From the NCBI RefSeq assembly GCF_963975345.1, contig NZ_CAXBGE010000012.1, forward strand, positions 8,210 through 72,209: a DNA stretch of 64,000 bases, written 5' to 3'. A program made the translations under genes and the position numbers. How positions within the stretch are numbered: position 1 is the stretch's first letter; each line of letters begins with the position of its first letter. The notes under the pieces are model-generated. The model ran no database searches. It saw nothing but the letters and a program-made list of their open reading frames with translations, and was not told the DNA's origin. Shown piece after piece: positions 20,019 to 29,102 of this stretch. Source of the stretch: an uncultured Maricaulis sp. GTDB taxonomy: Bacteria > Pseudomonadota > Alphaproteobacteria > Caulobacterales > Maricaulaceae.

Positions 20019-20746
20019 ATCCGCATTCCATAGTGCCGGGCCAATTGCTGCAGCGCCAGTTTCAGCACCGTCTTGCCGGAGCGCTGGGCCCAGCCAAAGC
20101 GGCGTTCGACAGCGCCGATACCCTCACCGCGAATACACACCGCCATCAAAAGCTGATCCATCCCCGCCCCAACCGCGGCCAGCGCGTTCATCACCCGGTC
20201 CTTGGCCGCAATGGCCGCCAGCGTCGCCGCCTCCGGTCCGCCGCGCCAGCCCTGCGCCCGGCCACTCGCCGTCAGGGACCAGTTGCGCGTCGTATGCTGG
20301 TGCAGGCTTGATTGCGCGTGATCGACACAAAATCGCTCGCCGGCCGCGCGTTCAAGCGGATCGAGCTGCGCGGCCCAGGGCCCGAGCGTGCCTTCACGCC
20401 GATTGGTTTTGACGCGGTGCATTTGCCCGCCTCTGGAGAGAATCTGCGTGTCGACCATCTCGCGGTGCTGGGCGGCGAAGTCGGCGCCCTCTCCACTCTG
20501 ACCGCCCGCCTCGCGTTGCAATGCCGCCTGCCCGTCGGCACCAAGCTCGATGCCGTCGTCGGTTTCGCTAAGCAGACCCCGGGCCAGCGCCTCGCGCAAT
20601 TGGGCCGTGTCGAGCCGGGCCAAGGGCCGGCGCCGGCGATCACCGGCGGGATAGACCGCGAACCGGCCGCTGCCATCACTGCACGGCTTGAGCACGGCGC
20701 CCGCGCGTGACAGATGGCGCAGCCAGCGTGGCAGGGGCGCGGGCAT
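20015..20746 (-). CDS. DUF6456-like protein
   Basis: The C-terminus GWAQRSGKTVLKLALQQLARHYG resembles the DUF6456 helix-turn-helix end. The start shares 1 nt with the upstream stop (TGATG). Confidence 0.5.
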   Translation of the reverse strand: MPAPLPRWLRHLSRAGAVLKPCSDGSGRFAVYPAGDRRRRPLARLDTAQLREALARGLLSETDDGIELGADGQAALQREAGGQSGEGADFAAQHREMVDTQILSRGGQMHRVKTNRREGTLGPWAAQLDPLERAAGERFCVDHAQSSLHQHTTRNWSLTASGRAQGWRGGPEAATLAAIAAKDRVMNALAAVGAGMDQLLMAVCIRGEGIGAVERRFGWAQRSGKTVLKLALQQLARHYGMRI

Positions 20747-21087
20747 CAGGCGGGATCCCCAGGCTGCGGTGCGGCGCGCAGGCAGGCCTCCAGCGCGTCC
20801 ATCGAGGCATCAAAGCCGCGATCATCACGCTGATCCTCGATGCGGTGACAGGCATGGGCCGCCGTCGAGCGATCACGCCCGAAGGCTTGGGCGACCCGCG
20901 TCAAGGACAGCTCGAAGGCGATATGGGCGAGATACATTGCCACCTGGCGAGCGAAGGCCGCCTCGCGCGAGCGGCGGGTTGGGGCCTCCAGGTCGTCCTG
21001 CGATACACCAAAGGCGTAGGCGACGGCACTTTGGGCCAATCGGGCGCGGGCAACATCGTCGCGCGCCAGGAATAATGATTGTGTCAT
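20746..21087 (-). CDS. DnaA domain IV-only (Bac_DnaA_C-like) HTH protein
   Basis: 113 aa. FGVSQDDLEAPTRRSREAAFARQVAMYLAH...SLTRVAQAFGRDRSTAAHACHRIE mirrors the DnaA C-terminal DNA-binding domain. Confidence 0.65.
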   Translation of the reverse strand: MTQSLFLARDDVARARLAQSAVAYAFGVSQDDLEAPTRRSREAAFARQVAMYLAHIAFELSLTRVAQAFGRDRSTAAHACHRIEDQRDDRGFDASMDALEACLRAAPQPGDPA

Positions 21088-21256
21088 TTTGCACTCCCGG
21101 ACTTGGCAGACCGGAATGCCCTTGCGGCGGTCCCGGCAGACCCATTTTAGGAGGGCTACACCCAGGCGGGGATAATATTCCTATTTGATAGGTAAAGAAA
21201 GGCCGCGCAACCCCTACGTGTCACGCGGCCAGAACTCTCAATACCCCACTGAAATA

Positions 21257-22969
21257 TCAGGGAGAAAAATAGGCGATAATCAACACGATGGCGAGCAATG
21301 CGCTGGTCCAAATCGCCAACATCCCACTGGGGATATCCCGGCTCAGCGTGCCCATAGGACTGAATACCTGATACAGCCGACCGCCAATTCCGCGCATCGC
21401 CCGATCCCAGGCATTGCCTGCCGCCGCCGACATCCGGTCGAGCATCAGCCACACCCAACGGGCGAGACTGTCGCCAAAGCGGCGATAGACCCAGTCGAAG
21501 TCGAGATTGACCGAGCGCTTCTCTGACGGATAGGCCCCGATCCGCATCAGCAGCGCAAAAGCGAAGATCGCGCCCAGCAAGAGCTGCATCTGTCCGACGA
21601 TATGGTCGAAGGTATAAGGCGCGTAGATCGCATCCTGGAACGGCAGAAGATCGTAGAGCTTGCCGTAATTGATGCCGAGATAGACGCACATCAGCGCCGC
21701 CAGCCCCATCGCCATCAGCATGTTGACCGGCGCTTCGCGGACACGCCGGCCACTATCATGGCCGAAGAAGGCGAAATACGGGATCTTGATGCCCGAGTGC
21801 TCGAGCACACCGGCGGACGCAAACAGCAGCATGATCCACACCACCCAATGCCCGTCCTCGGCCACAGCGGCGAGGATCATGGATTTGGTGACGAAGGCCG
21901 AAAACAGCGGGAAGGCCGAAATCGTCATCGCGCCGATGATGCAGAAGAAGGCCGTCAGCGGCATGGATTTGAACAATCCACCCAGCTCGGATGCCTTGGT
22001 GGTGCCGACGCGGTGCAGCACGGCCCCCATGCTCATGAACAACAGGCCCTTGAAGATGATGTCGGCGAAGGCGTGCGCGGCGGTACCGTTGAGCGCCAGA
22101 TTCGAACCAATACCAATGCCGACGACCATGAAGCCCAGCTGGTTATTGACCGAATAGGACAACACCTTGCGCAGATCATTCTCGACCACCGCGAAGAAGA
22201 CCGGGAAGACGGTCATGATCGCGCCGATATAGATCAGGCTCTCTTCGCCGGAAAAACCACGCAACAAGGCGTAAATCGCCATCTTGGTGGTGAAGGCAGA
22301 GAGGATGACGGTGCCAACCACCGTCGCCTTGGGATAGGCGTCCTGCAGCCAGTTGTGCAGGAAGGGGAAGGCGCATTTGATGCCGAAGGCGATGAAGATC
22401 AGGAAGCCGCCCGGCGAATCCAGACCAATATGATCGAAGGCCCAGCTACCCGTTTCACCGGCATGGATAATGGCGCCCACCAGCAACAAGACACCCGACA
22501 GGACATGAATCGCCAGATAGCGTAGGCCGGCCTTGGTCGCTGCCTTGTTGCGCGCGCTCCAGATCAGGAAAACTGAAGAGATCGCCGTCAGCTCCCAGAA
22601 CATGAACAACGTGATCAGATCGCCGGCAAAGACCGCACCCAGTGCACCGCCGGCATAAATCAGCCCGGCCGCATCGGTGACGCGGTCTTTCTCGTGCAGG
22701 CCATAGAGCCCGTTGAGGAAGGCGGCGATGATGAAGATCAGGCTCCAAATACGGCTGATCGCGTCATAACGCAGGGTTTCGAGGGTGAAACCGCCAAACT
22801 CCACGACGCCATAGGTCCCCAACTCCAGCGAGTACCAGCACCAGCCGGCCAGGATCGGCGCCAGCAGGGCCAAGACCTTGCGGACATTATTGTTGGGGAC
22901 GATAGCGGCAATCAAGCCGCCAAAAATAATCGGCCAAGCCGGAGAGATATGGGTGAAGAGCTCACTCAT
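21257..22969 (-). CDS. mrpD: MrpD/NuoL-like proton-pumping antiporter subunit (third D paralog)
   Basis: More than 14 TM helices. FMFWELTAISS and conserved Lys/His-containing helices of the complex I antiporter-like family. Confidence 0.85.
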   Translation of the reverse strand: MSELFTHISPAWPIIFGGLIAAIVPNNNVRKVLALLAPILAGWCWYSLELGTYGVVEFGGFTLETLRYDAISRIWSLIFIIAAFLNGLYGLHEKDRVTDAAGLIYAGGALGAVFAGDLITLFMFWELTAISSVFLIWSARNKAATKAGLRYLAIHVLSGVLLLVGAIIHAGETGSWAFDHIGLDSPGGFLIFIAFGIKCAFPFLHNWLQDAYPKATVVGTVILSAFTTKMAIYALLRGFSGEESLIYIGAIMTVFPVFFAVVENDLRKVLSYSVNNQLGFMVVGIGIGSNLALNGTAAHAFADIIFKGLLFMSMGAVLHRVGTTKASELGGLFKSMPLTAFFCIIGAMTISAFPLFSAFVTKSMILAAVAEDGHWVVWIMLLFASAGVLEHSGIKIPYFAFFGHDSGRRVREAPVNMLMAMGLAALMCVYLGINYGKLYDLLPFQDAIYAPYTFDHIVGQMQLLLGAIFAFALLMRIGAYPSEKRSVNLDFDWVYRRFGDSLARWVWLMLDRMSAAAGNAWDRAMRGIGGRLYQVFSPMGTLSRDIPSGMLAIWTSALLAIVLIIAYFSP

Positions 22970-23267
22970 CGCCGGCCTCCCCATCCCAATAATTCTCCTC
23001 GCGGCCGAGGAAACGGCGGATCACGAACCAGCCCCCCATCACAGCCAGCACGAAAGCGCCAAACCCCGCCAGGGCGTAGAAGCCCGGCATTTGCGCGAAT
23101 TCCAGATAATCATGGCGATGATGGACGAAATCGATGGCGCCGAGCCCGATGGCCAAGGCGCCGAGCACCCAAACCAGGCTGGCGGTGAACCATTTCGACT
23201 CGAGCCACAAAAACGGCCGCGCGATCGGATGGACCGGATCGTCTTTTTTGCTGGGTTTCAGACTCAT
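22962..23267 (-). CDS. small 2-TM membrane protein embedded in the mrp cluster
   Basis: MSLKPSKKDDPVHPI... with two hydrophobic helices. ATGA overlap with the upstream mrpD stop at 23264-23267. Confidence 0.5.
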   Translation of the reverse strand: MSLKPSKKDDPVHPIARPFLWLESKWFTASLVWVLGALAIGLGAIDFVHHRHDYLEFAQMPGFYALAGFGAFVLAVMGGWFVIRRFLGREENYWDGEAGDE

Positions 23268-24742
23268 AGCGCTGACTCGACAATCGCGACCGGCTCGAAC
23301 ACGGGCAGGAGATAATCCCGCAAGGGTCCGATCAGGAAGAACAGGACGATGACGCCAGCGGCTGTAATCACCGGCGGCAGGATCACCAGCATCGGTGCCG
23401 GCTTCTTCAGCTTGGCCTCTTCCGGCGGTTCGAAAAAGCCGCGGACCGAAGGCGGTAGCAGATAGGCGATATTGAGGATGGAGGATGCAACCAGCGCCAC
23501 CGCCAGGATTATATGTCCGGACTCGAACGTGCCTTGCAGCAGGAACAGCTTCGGCCACATCCCGGCCAGTGGTGGCAGGCCGATGATCGACAGCGCCCCG
23601 ATCGTATAGGCGCCAAACAGCCACGGCATGTGACGGCCAAGCCCGTTGAGCTGCGAGACATTGGTCTTCTTGGTCGCGGTATAGATCGCACCCGCGCTCA
23701 TGAAGAGCGTGATCTTGCCCCAAGCGTGCATCACGATCTGAAGCGCCCCGCCCAGCATGGCCAGCGGCGAGCCGAGCATCACGGCCAGTGTGACATAGGA
23801 CAGCTGGCTGATCGTCGAATAGGCCAGCCGCGCCTTGAGATTATCCTTGGTCAGCGCGATCAGCGAGGCCAGAACGATTGTGCCTGCGGCGATCCAGGCC
23901 AGCGGCAGCGCCGTCGGTGTCATCGCGATCAGGGCCGGTCCGAAGATATAAGTGCCGATCTTGAGCATGGCGAACACACCCGCCTTGACGACGGCGACCG
24001 CGTGCAGGAAAGCGGACACCGGCGTCGGTGCAACCATCGCATTGGGCAGCCAGGCATGCACCGGCATCAGCGCCGCCTTGCCGATACCAAACGCGAACAT
24101 CACCAGCAAAATACCGGAAATCAGCGGCGTCGCATTATTGATCGCCAGCAGGCCACCGGCGACGAAATCGGTCGAACCGGCGAGGAATTGTGTCGCGATC
24201 ACCGCCGGCAAAAGCAGACCGATCGAAGTGCCTAGCAGCAGGGTCAGATAGATCCGGCCACCACGCCGCGCCGCCGCATCGCCCTTATGGGTGACCAGCG
24301 GATAGGTCGAGAGCGTCAGCACTTCATAGAAGACGAACATCGTCAGCAAATTGCCCGACAGGGCCACGCCCATCGCTGCCGCGATCGCGATGCAGAAATA
24401 GACATAGAAACGGGTCTGATGCTTCTCATTATTTCCGCGCATATAGCCGATGGAATACAATGAGTTGACTAACCAAAGCCCGCTCGCCACGGCGGCGAAC
24501 AGCGCCCCCAGCGGCTCGAGCGTGAACGTCAGCTCCAGCCCGGGTGCGATCGAGGCGAGAACCAGGGTCGGATTGCTCGGCGCGATCTCGACCAGATAGG
24601 CGACATTGAGCGCCAGCAGCACGCCGGCGACGAGGGTCGCGCCCTCCCGGAAATTCGGACGATTGCCAAGCAGAGCGACCATGACGCCGCCAAGCGACGG
24701 AATGGCCAGCGCCAGGGCCAGAGCCAGTTCGGGAGTCCACAT
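23264..24742 (-). CDS. mrpD: MrpD/NuoN-like antiporter subunit (second D paralog)
   Basis: 492 aa polytopic protein. FVFYEVLTLSTYPLV and AALMPVHAWLP motifs. Confidence 0.85.
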   Translation of the reverse strand: MWTPELALALALAIPSLGGVMVALLGNRPNFREGATLVAGVLLALNVAYLVEIAPSNPTLVLASIAPGLELTFTLEPLGALFAAVASGLWLVNSLYSIGYMRGNNEKHQTRFYVYFCIAIAAAMGVALSGNLLTMFVFYEVLTLSTYPLVTHKGDAAARRGGRIYLTLLLGTSIGLLLPAVIATQFLAGSTDFVAGGLLAINNATPLISGILLVMFAFGIGKAALMPVHAWLPNAMVAPTPVSAFLHAVAVVKAGVFAMLKIGTYIFGPALIAMTPTALPLAWIAAGTIVLASLIALTKDNLKARLAYSTISQLSYVTLAVMLGSPLAMLGGALQIVMHAWGKITLFMSAGAIYTATKKTNVSQLNGLGRHMPWLFGAYTIGALSIIGLPPLAGMWPKLFLLQGTFESGHIILAVALVASSILNIAYLLPPSVRGFFEPPEEAKLKKPAPMLVILPPVITAAGVIVLFFLIGPLRDYLLPVFEPVAIVESAL

Positions 24743-24745
24743 CGG

Positions 24746-26269
24746 CTAGCGCCCTCCCATCATGGCTTCGGCCGCCGCCTGCGCCAGATTCACCAGCGGG
24801 GCGGAGTCGAAGAAGAAATACACATTGGCAAAGGCCAGGATCAGCAGTGGCACGGTCATCGTCCAAGGCGCCATCGTCTCCGCCACGACCTTGCCGTGAT
24901 GGGTCGGCGGCTCTTCCATCCAGATCGCCATCAGCATCCGGCCAACATAGACCAGCGCCAGCAGGGACGAGAAAATCAACGCCGCGACGGCCCACCACCA
25001 GCCCTTTTCGAGCGCCGCGATGATGAGATACCATTTCGAGGTGAAACCGACCGTCAGCGGCACGCCAACCAGCGACATTCCGCCAACCGTGAAGGCACTG
25101 GCCGTGACCGGCATGGTGCGTCCCAGACCGGCCAGGCCGGCAACACTGCGAACACCGAATTTCAGCGCGAAGGCGCCGAGTGCCATGAACAGGACACCCT
25201 TCATCATCGCGTGGTTCATCAGGTGCAACAGGCCAGCCGACAGGCCCGCTTTCGTGCCCATGCCGAGGCCGAGCATCATATAGCCCACTTGGGCGATCGA
25301 GGAGTAGGCGAGCACGCGGCGCGGATCCATCTGGAAGATCGCCTGTGCCGAGGCGACGATCATGCCGACCGTGCCGAGCACGGCAAATATCCAGGTAAAG
25401 GCAATCGCCACGAAGCTGACTTCCGGATGGAAGACCGAGAACAAAAAGCGGATCAGGACGTAGAAGGCCACTTTCGTCGCCGTCGAGGCGAGGAAGGCGG
25501 AAAAGAAGCTCGGCGCAAAGGTATAGGCGTTGGGCAGCCAGACATGCAGCGGGAACATCGCCGCCTTCAAGCCCAGTCCGACCACGATGAAGGCAAAGGC
25601 CGCCTCGGTCACCCGGGTGTGGCCATTCTCCGCCAGCACACGCGCGATATCAGCCATGTTGAGCGTGCCGGTCGCCATGTAGAGGAAGCCAACGCCGATC
25701 ACGAAGAAAGTCGCGCCGATCGTGCCGAGGATCAGGTAGTTATACGACGCCGTCAGCGCCCGCCGATCCTTGCCGCCGCCCATGCCGACCAGGGCATAGG
25801 TCGAAAGCGAGGACACTTCCATGAAGACGAAGACGTTGAAGGCATCGCCCGTGATGGTCACGCCGAGCAGGCCGGTAAAACAGATCAGGAAAGCCGAATA
25901 GAACATCGGCTGCTTGGACGGTTCGATCTCGTCAGCCACGGAAGGCAAGGCGTAGATCGCGCACAACAGGCCGATCAGGCCCACCAGAACCAGGATCGGG
26001 ACATTCAGTGCATCGACGCGATATTCGATACCCAGCGGCGGCGCCCAGCCACCGAGATGATAACTGACCACCCCGGCCGACGAGACTTCGCCCAGCAGGA
26101 CGAGGGCGAGCACTGCGGCGACAATCGCGGCGAGCAAGGCAACGCCCCAAGCCAGCCGGCCATTGGGCATCAGGGCGGCAATCGGTGCGAGGATCAGCGG
26201 GATCACAACCAGCAGCACAGGCGCATGCGCGGCGATCGCCGCCGGCAGAAGATGGGCCAGAATATCCAT
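24746..26269 (-). CDS. mrpD: MrpD/NuoN-like antiporter subunit (first D paralog)
   Basis: 507 aa polytopic protein. FVFMEVSSLSTYALV and AAMFPLHVWLP motifs. Confidence 0.85.
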   Translation of the reverse strand: MDILAHLLPAAIAAHAPVLLVVIPLILAPIAALMPNGRLAWGVALLAAIVAAVLALVLLGEVSSAGVVSYHLGGWAPPLGIEYRVDALNVPILVLVGLIGLLCAIYALPSVADEIEPSKQPMFYSAFLICFTGLLGVTITGDAFNVFVFMEVSSLSTYALVGMGGGKDRRALTASYNYLILGTIGATFFVIGVGFLYMATGTLNMADIARVLAENGHTRVTEAAFAFIVVGLGLKAAMFPLHVWLPNAYTFAPSFFSAFLASTATKVAFYVLIRFLFSVFHPEVSFVAIAFTWIFAVLGTVGMIVASAQAIFQMDPRRVLAYSSIAQVGYMMLGLGMGTKAGLSAGLLHLMNHAMMKGVLFMALGAFALKFGVRSVAGLAGLGRTMPVTASAFTVGGMSLVGVPLTVGFTSKWYLIIAALEKGWWWAVAALIFSSLLALVYVGRMLMAIWMEEPPTHHGKVVAETMAPWTMTVPLLILAFANVYFFFDSAPLVNLAQAAAEAMMGGR

Positions 26270-26700
26270 TACCCGGCAGCTCCCGTCTCATCCGAATAAT
26301 CGGCCGCTTTCAACGCGTCGTCTTCAAGCACGCCATAGGCTTCCCGGATGCGCACCACCAGAGCCAGTCCGACCGCCAGTGTCGCGACACCGACGACGAT
26401 GGCCGTCAGGATCAACACATGGGGCAAGGGGTTGGAATACAGCGCCGCCTCGGCGACATGGCCTGCGGCAGCGGCCGCATGGTCACCGGCAGGGGCAGCA
26501 TGACCCTCCGGCAGGATCGGCGGCTGACCGCCAAACACCTTGGCCATATTGATATAAAACAGGCCGACCGAGGTTTGGAACAGCGACAGCCCGACCATGC
26601 GCTTGACCAGGTTGCCGGTCGCGAACACCACATACAGACCCGTCATCATCAGGATAAGGATCGGGATGTAATTGAACCGTTCGAGCAGGATATCGAGCAT
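26269..26700 (-). CDS. mrpC: MrpC/NuoK-like subunit with extended C-terminus
   Basis: MLDILLERFNYIPILILMMTGLYVVFATGNLVKRMVGLSLFQTSV is the MnhC signature. Confidence 0.8.
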   Translation of the reverse strand: MLDILLERFNYIPILILMMTGLYVVFATGNLVKRMVGLSLFQTSVGLFYINMAKVFGGQPPILPEGHAAPAGDHAAAAAGHVAEAALYSNPLPHVLILTAIVVGVATLAVGLALVVRIREAYGVLEDDALKAADYSDETGAAG

Positions 26701-26701
26701 C

Positions 26702-27160
26702 TTACCAGTCCTCGTCCGGAATATCGGGGATCCGCCCGGCAAAGGCGTAGAACACCGACAACATCACCGAAGCGACCGTGCACAGCACGCCAATCTCGAT
26801 CAGCATGATGCCGTAATGCTGACCGGTATGGTGAGCCTGGTCGGGATGAAGCGCGTCGTAATCGAGATAGTTCAGGTGCTCGCCAGCCCCCATCATCAAC
26901 ATCGCCGCGATGCCGACACCGGCATAGAGCAGCAGGCCGAAAGCGGCGCCAAAGCGCAGTGCGACCGGTGGCACGGCGCGGCGCGCCTCTTCGATCCCGA
27001 AGATCAATGCGTAAAGGATGACGGCGACGGCGACGATGACACCGGCCTGAAACCCGCCGCCCGGACCGAAATCGCCATGGAATTGCACGTAGAGACCAAA
27101 CAGCACGATCATCGGGATCAGCAGCTTGGAGACGACTCGCAGGATCAGGTGAGGATTCAT
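26702..27160 (-). CDS. mrpB: MrpB-domain subunit
   Basis: LFGLYVQFHGDFGPGGGFQAGVI is the MnhB-domain signature. Confidence 0.8.
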   Translation of the reverse strand: MNPHLILRVVSKLLIPMIVLFGLYVQFHGDFGPGGGFQAGVIVAVAVILYALIFGIEEARRAVPPVALRFGAAFGLLLYAGVGIAAMLMMGAGEHLNYLDYDALHPDQAHHTGQHYGIMLIEIGVLCTVASVMLSVFYAFAGRIPDIPDEDW

Positions 27161-27744
27161 CGCGCCGCCTTCCCCTTTTTTGGTTTTGTTTTTGTTTTCG
27201 GGTCACGCCGCTTGGTCCCAAAACCGAGCAGCAGGATCACACCCAGGCCAGCGGTGAAGATCACGCTGGTCTCGCCGAGCGTGTCATAGCCGCGATAGCT
27301 GGACAGCACGGCGGTGACGACATTCGGCACGGCGATATCTTCAGGTGTCCGCTCCAGATATTGGAGCCCGACATAGGCATTGGCCGGCGAATTAGGATCA
27401 CCATAGATGGGCATATCGGGCACGGCATAGAGCAAGGCTGCCCCTGCTGCGACCACGACAGCGAGCGCGGCCCAATGGCGCGATGGCTTGGTCGGCTCGC
27501 TCTCACGAGCGGTCAGCAGCATCGCGGCGAGCAGCAGGACGGTTGAGATCCCGGCGCCAACAGCGGCTTCGGTAAAGGCGACATCGACCGCGTCGAGCGA
27601 GACGAACCAGGCCGCCGAAAGCAGGCTGTAGACGCCCATCAACATCACGACGGCAAACAGATTGCGCAGCCTCACAATGGCGAGACCGACCGCAAGCAGC
27701 ATCGCGATCAGGGCATAGTCGAGATATTGCGTCAGATCGCTCAT
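27157..27744 (-). CDS. DUF4040 / MbhD-like subunit (MrpA C-terminal-domain equivalent)
   Basis: LLAVGLAIVRLRNLFAVVMLMGVYSLLSAAWFVSLDAVDVAFTEAAVGAGIST matches the DUF4040 pattern. Confidence 0.7.
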   Translation of the reverse strand: MSDLTQYLDYALIAMLLAVGLAIVRLRNLFAVVMLMGVYSLLSAAWFVSLDAVDVAFTEAAVGAGISTVLLLAAMLLTARESEPTKPSRHWAALAVVVAAGAALLYAVPDMPIYGDPNSPANAYVGLQYLERTPEDIAVPNVVTAVLSSYRGYDTLGETSVIFTAGLGVILLLGFGTKRRDPKTKTKPKKGKAAR

Positions 27745-28115
27745 GCCTTGCCGTCCTCTTGCTCAAGCTCGCGCGGGTGCGCCGGCTTGAAACGCGCCAG
27801 GTCCGGCTTGAGGCCGGCGCGGTGAGCGGCATTGGCCACGGCATGGGTCGCCGTCGGGCTGGTCAGAAAGAGCAGCAGCGCCACAAGGCCCAGCTTGGCC
27901 ATGGTCTGCCAGTCGCCCGCCTGCAGGACGAGGCCGAGAATCACCAATTCGGCGCCCAACGTATCGGTCAGACCGGCCGCATGCATCCGGGTGTAGAAAT
28001 CGGGCAGACGGATAACGCCGATCGCGCCGGCCAGCACAAAGATCAGGCCCACCGACATCGAGGCGACACTCAGGGCAAACATCAGATGATGTACAAGCTC
28101 TGCCAGGGTCATCAC
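27741..28115 (-). CDS. mrpG: MrpG subunit
   Basis: GAIGVIRLPDFYTRMHAAGLTDTLGA is the MnhG signature. Confidence 0.8.
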   Translation of the reverse strand: MMTLAELVHHLMFALSVASMSVGLIFVLAGAIGVIRLPDFYTRMHAAGLTDTLGAELVILGLVLQAGDWQTMAKLGLVALLLFLTSPTATHAVANAAHRAGLKPDLARFKPAHPRELEQEDGKA

Positions 28116-28429
28116 GCATCCTCCCCGTCAGCGGCACGTCGCATCGACATCTGGGCCAGGGACACATCGAGTGAGCGGTAGCGGAAGAATTTCAGGATCG
28201 CGATTGTCGCGACGAAATTGATCAGGGCATACAGCATGGCGATATCGATCGCGTCCTGCCGCCCGGACAGCGCACTGAAAACCAGCAGGAAAAGAATCGT
28301 TTTGGTGCCGAAGGAATTGGCCGCCAATATCTGGTCATACAGGGTCGGCCCGGCAAACAGGCGCGCCAGCATGATCGCCATCGCACCGGCCATGCCGAGC
28401 GCGATCACAAAATTGAACACGCCCATCAC
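28112..28429 (-). CDS. mrpF: MrpF subunit
   Basis: 3-TM, 105 aa. ARLFAGPTLYDQILAANSFGT is typical of MnhF. Confidence 0.75.
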   Translation of the reverse strand: MMGVFNFVIALGMAGAMAIMLARLFAGPTLYDQILAANSFGTKTILFLLVFSALSGRQDAIDIAMLYALINFVATIAILKFFRYRSLDVSLAQMSMRRAADGEDA

Positions 28430-28929
28430 GAGACCTTCCGCTTGCCGTCGGATGCGACATCCGAGCGGGCGCCCATTTCTGCGAAACCGAGCGGATCGGT
28501 AAAGCTGGTGTCGAGAGCATGGACCAGGAAGCCGTCCTCCTCGACATCAACCGTCACTGTACCGGGCGTCAGTGTGATCGAATTGGCGAACACGGCGTGT
28601 CCCAGTCCGGAGCGCTGCTCGGCCGGCACCCGAACCAGACGCGGCTCGACATCGATCTCTGGACGCATCACCAGTTTCAAGACAGCCAGATTGGCGTTGA
28701 GGATTTCGCGGCCCAGCCACAGCCAATAGATCATCAGCGGCAGGCTCGGCAGGATCGGCACGGTCTCACGGTCAACAATGCGCATCCGGAAGGCCAGAGC
28801 GACCGTGCCGATGACACTCAGCACGCCGAAGCCGATCACCAGCGGATACTCGCCCGACAGTGTGTATTGGCCCGACAGGGTAAGCCAAAGCAGGGTCAGA
28901 ATAACCGTCAAACCGGCGCCGTAAGCCAT
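28426..28929 (-). CDS. mrpE: MrpE subunit
   Basis: FANSITLTPGTVTVDV motif. GGGGAG RBS before ATG 28929. Confidence 0.75.
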   Translation of the reverse strand: MAYGAGLTVILTLLWLTLSGQYTLSGEYPLVIGFGVLSVIGTVALAFRMRIVDRETVPILPSLPLMIYWLWLGREILNANLAVLKLVMRPEIDVEPRLVRVPAEQRSGLGHAVFANSITLTPGTVTVDVEEDGFLVHALDTSFTDPLGFAEMGARSDVASDGKRKVS

Positions 28930-29102
28930 GGAAACTCCCCGCACACATCCTCGCTTGCTTGGGCTTTTAACCCGAGATTTAGGGCTTGACCAGACAAGCG
29001 CAGCGATAATCGCAGATAGCCTGTTGGGCGAGGATCAGCGGGGCGTTTCGCGTCAGGGGCGAGCGAGCGTCATCGATGCGAGCCACAGCGCGGCTGGCCA
29101 GT

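Noticed and set aside
23268-23723. Upstream part of the 253-aa ORF 22962-23723
   Set aside because: It overlaps the 3' end of the second mrpD paralog out of frame. Only the distal 101 codons from ATG 23267 (ATGA-coupled) look like a gene.
24896-26299. 467-aa ORF on the plus strand, and similar long plus-strand ORFs across 21.6-28.0 kb
   Set aside because: They are antisense to the polytopic Mrp subunit genes. Their translations are Arg/Asp/His/Gly-rich nonsense without motifs.
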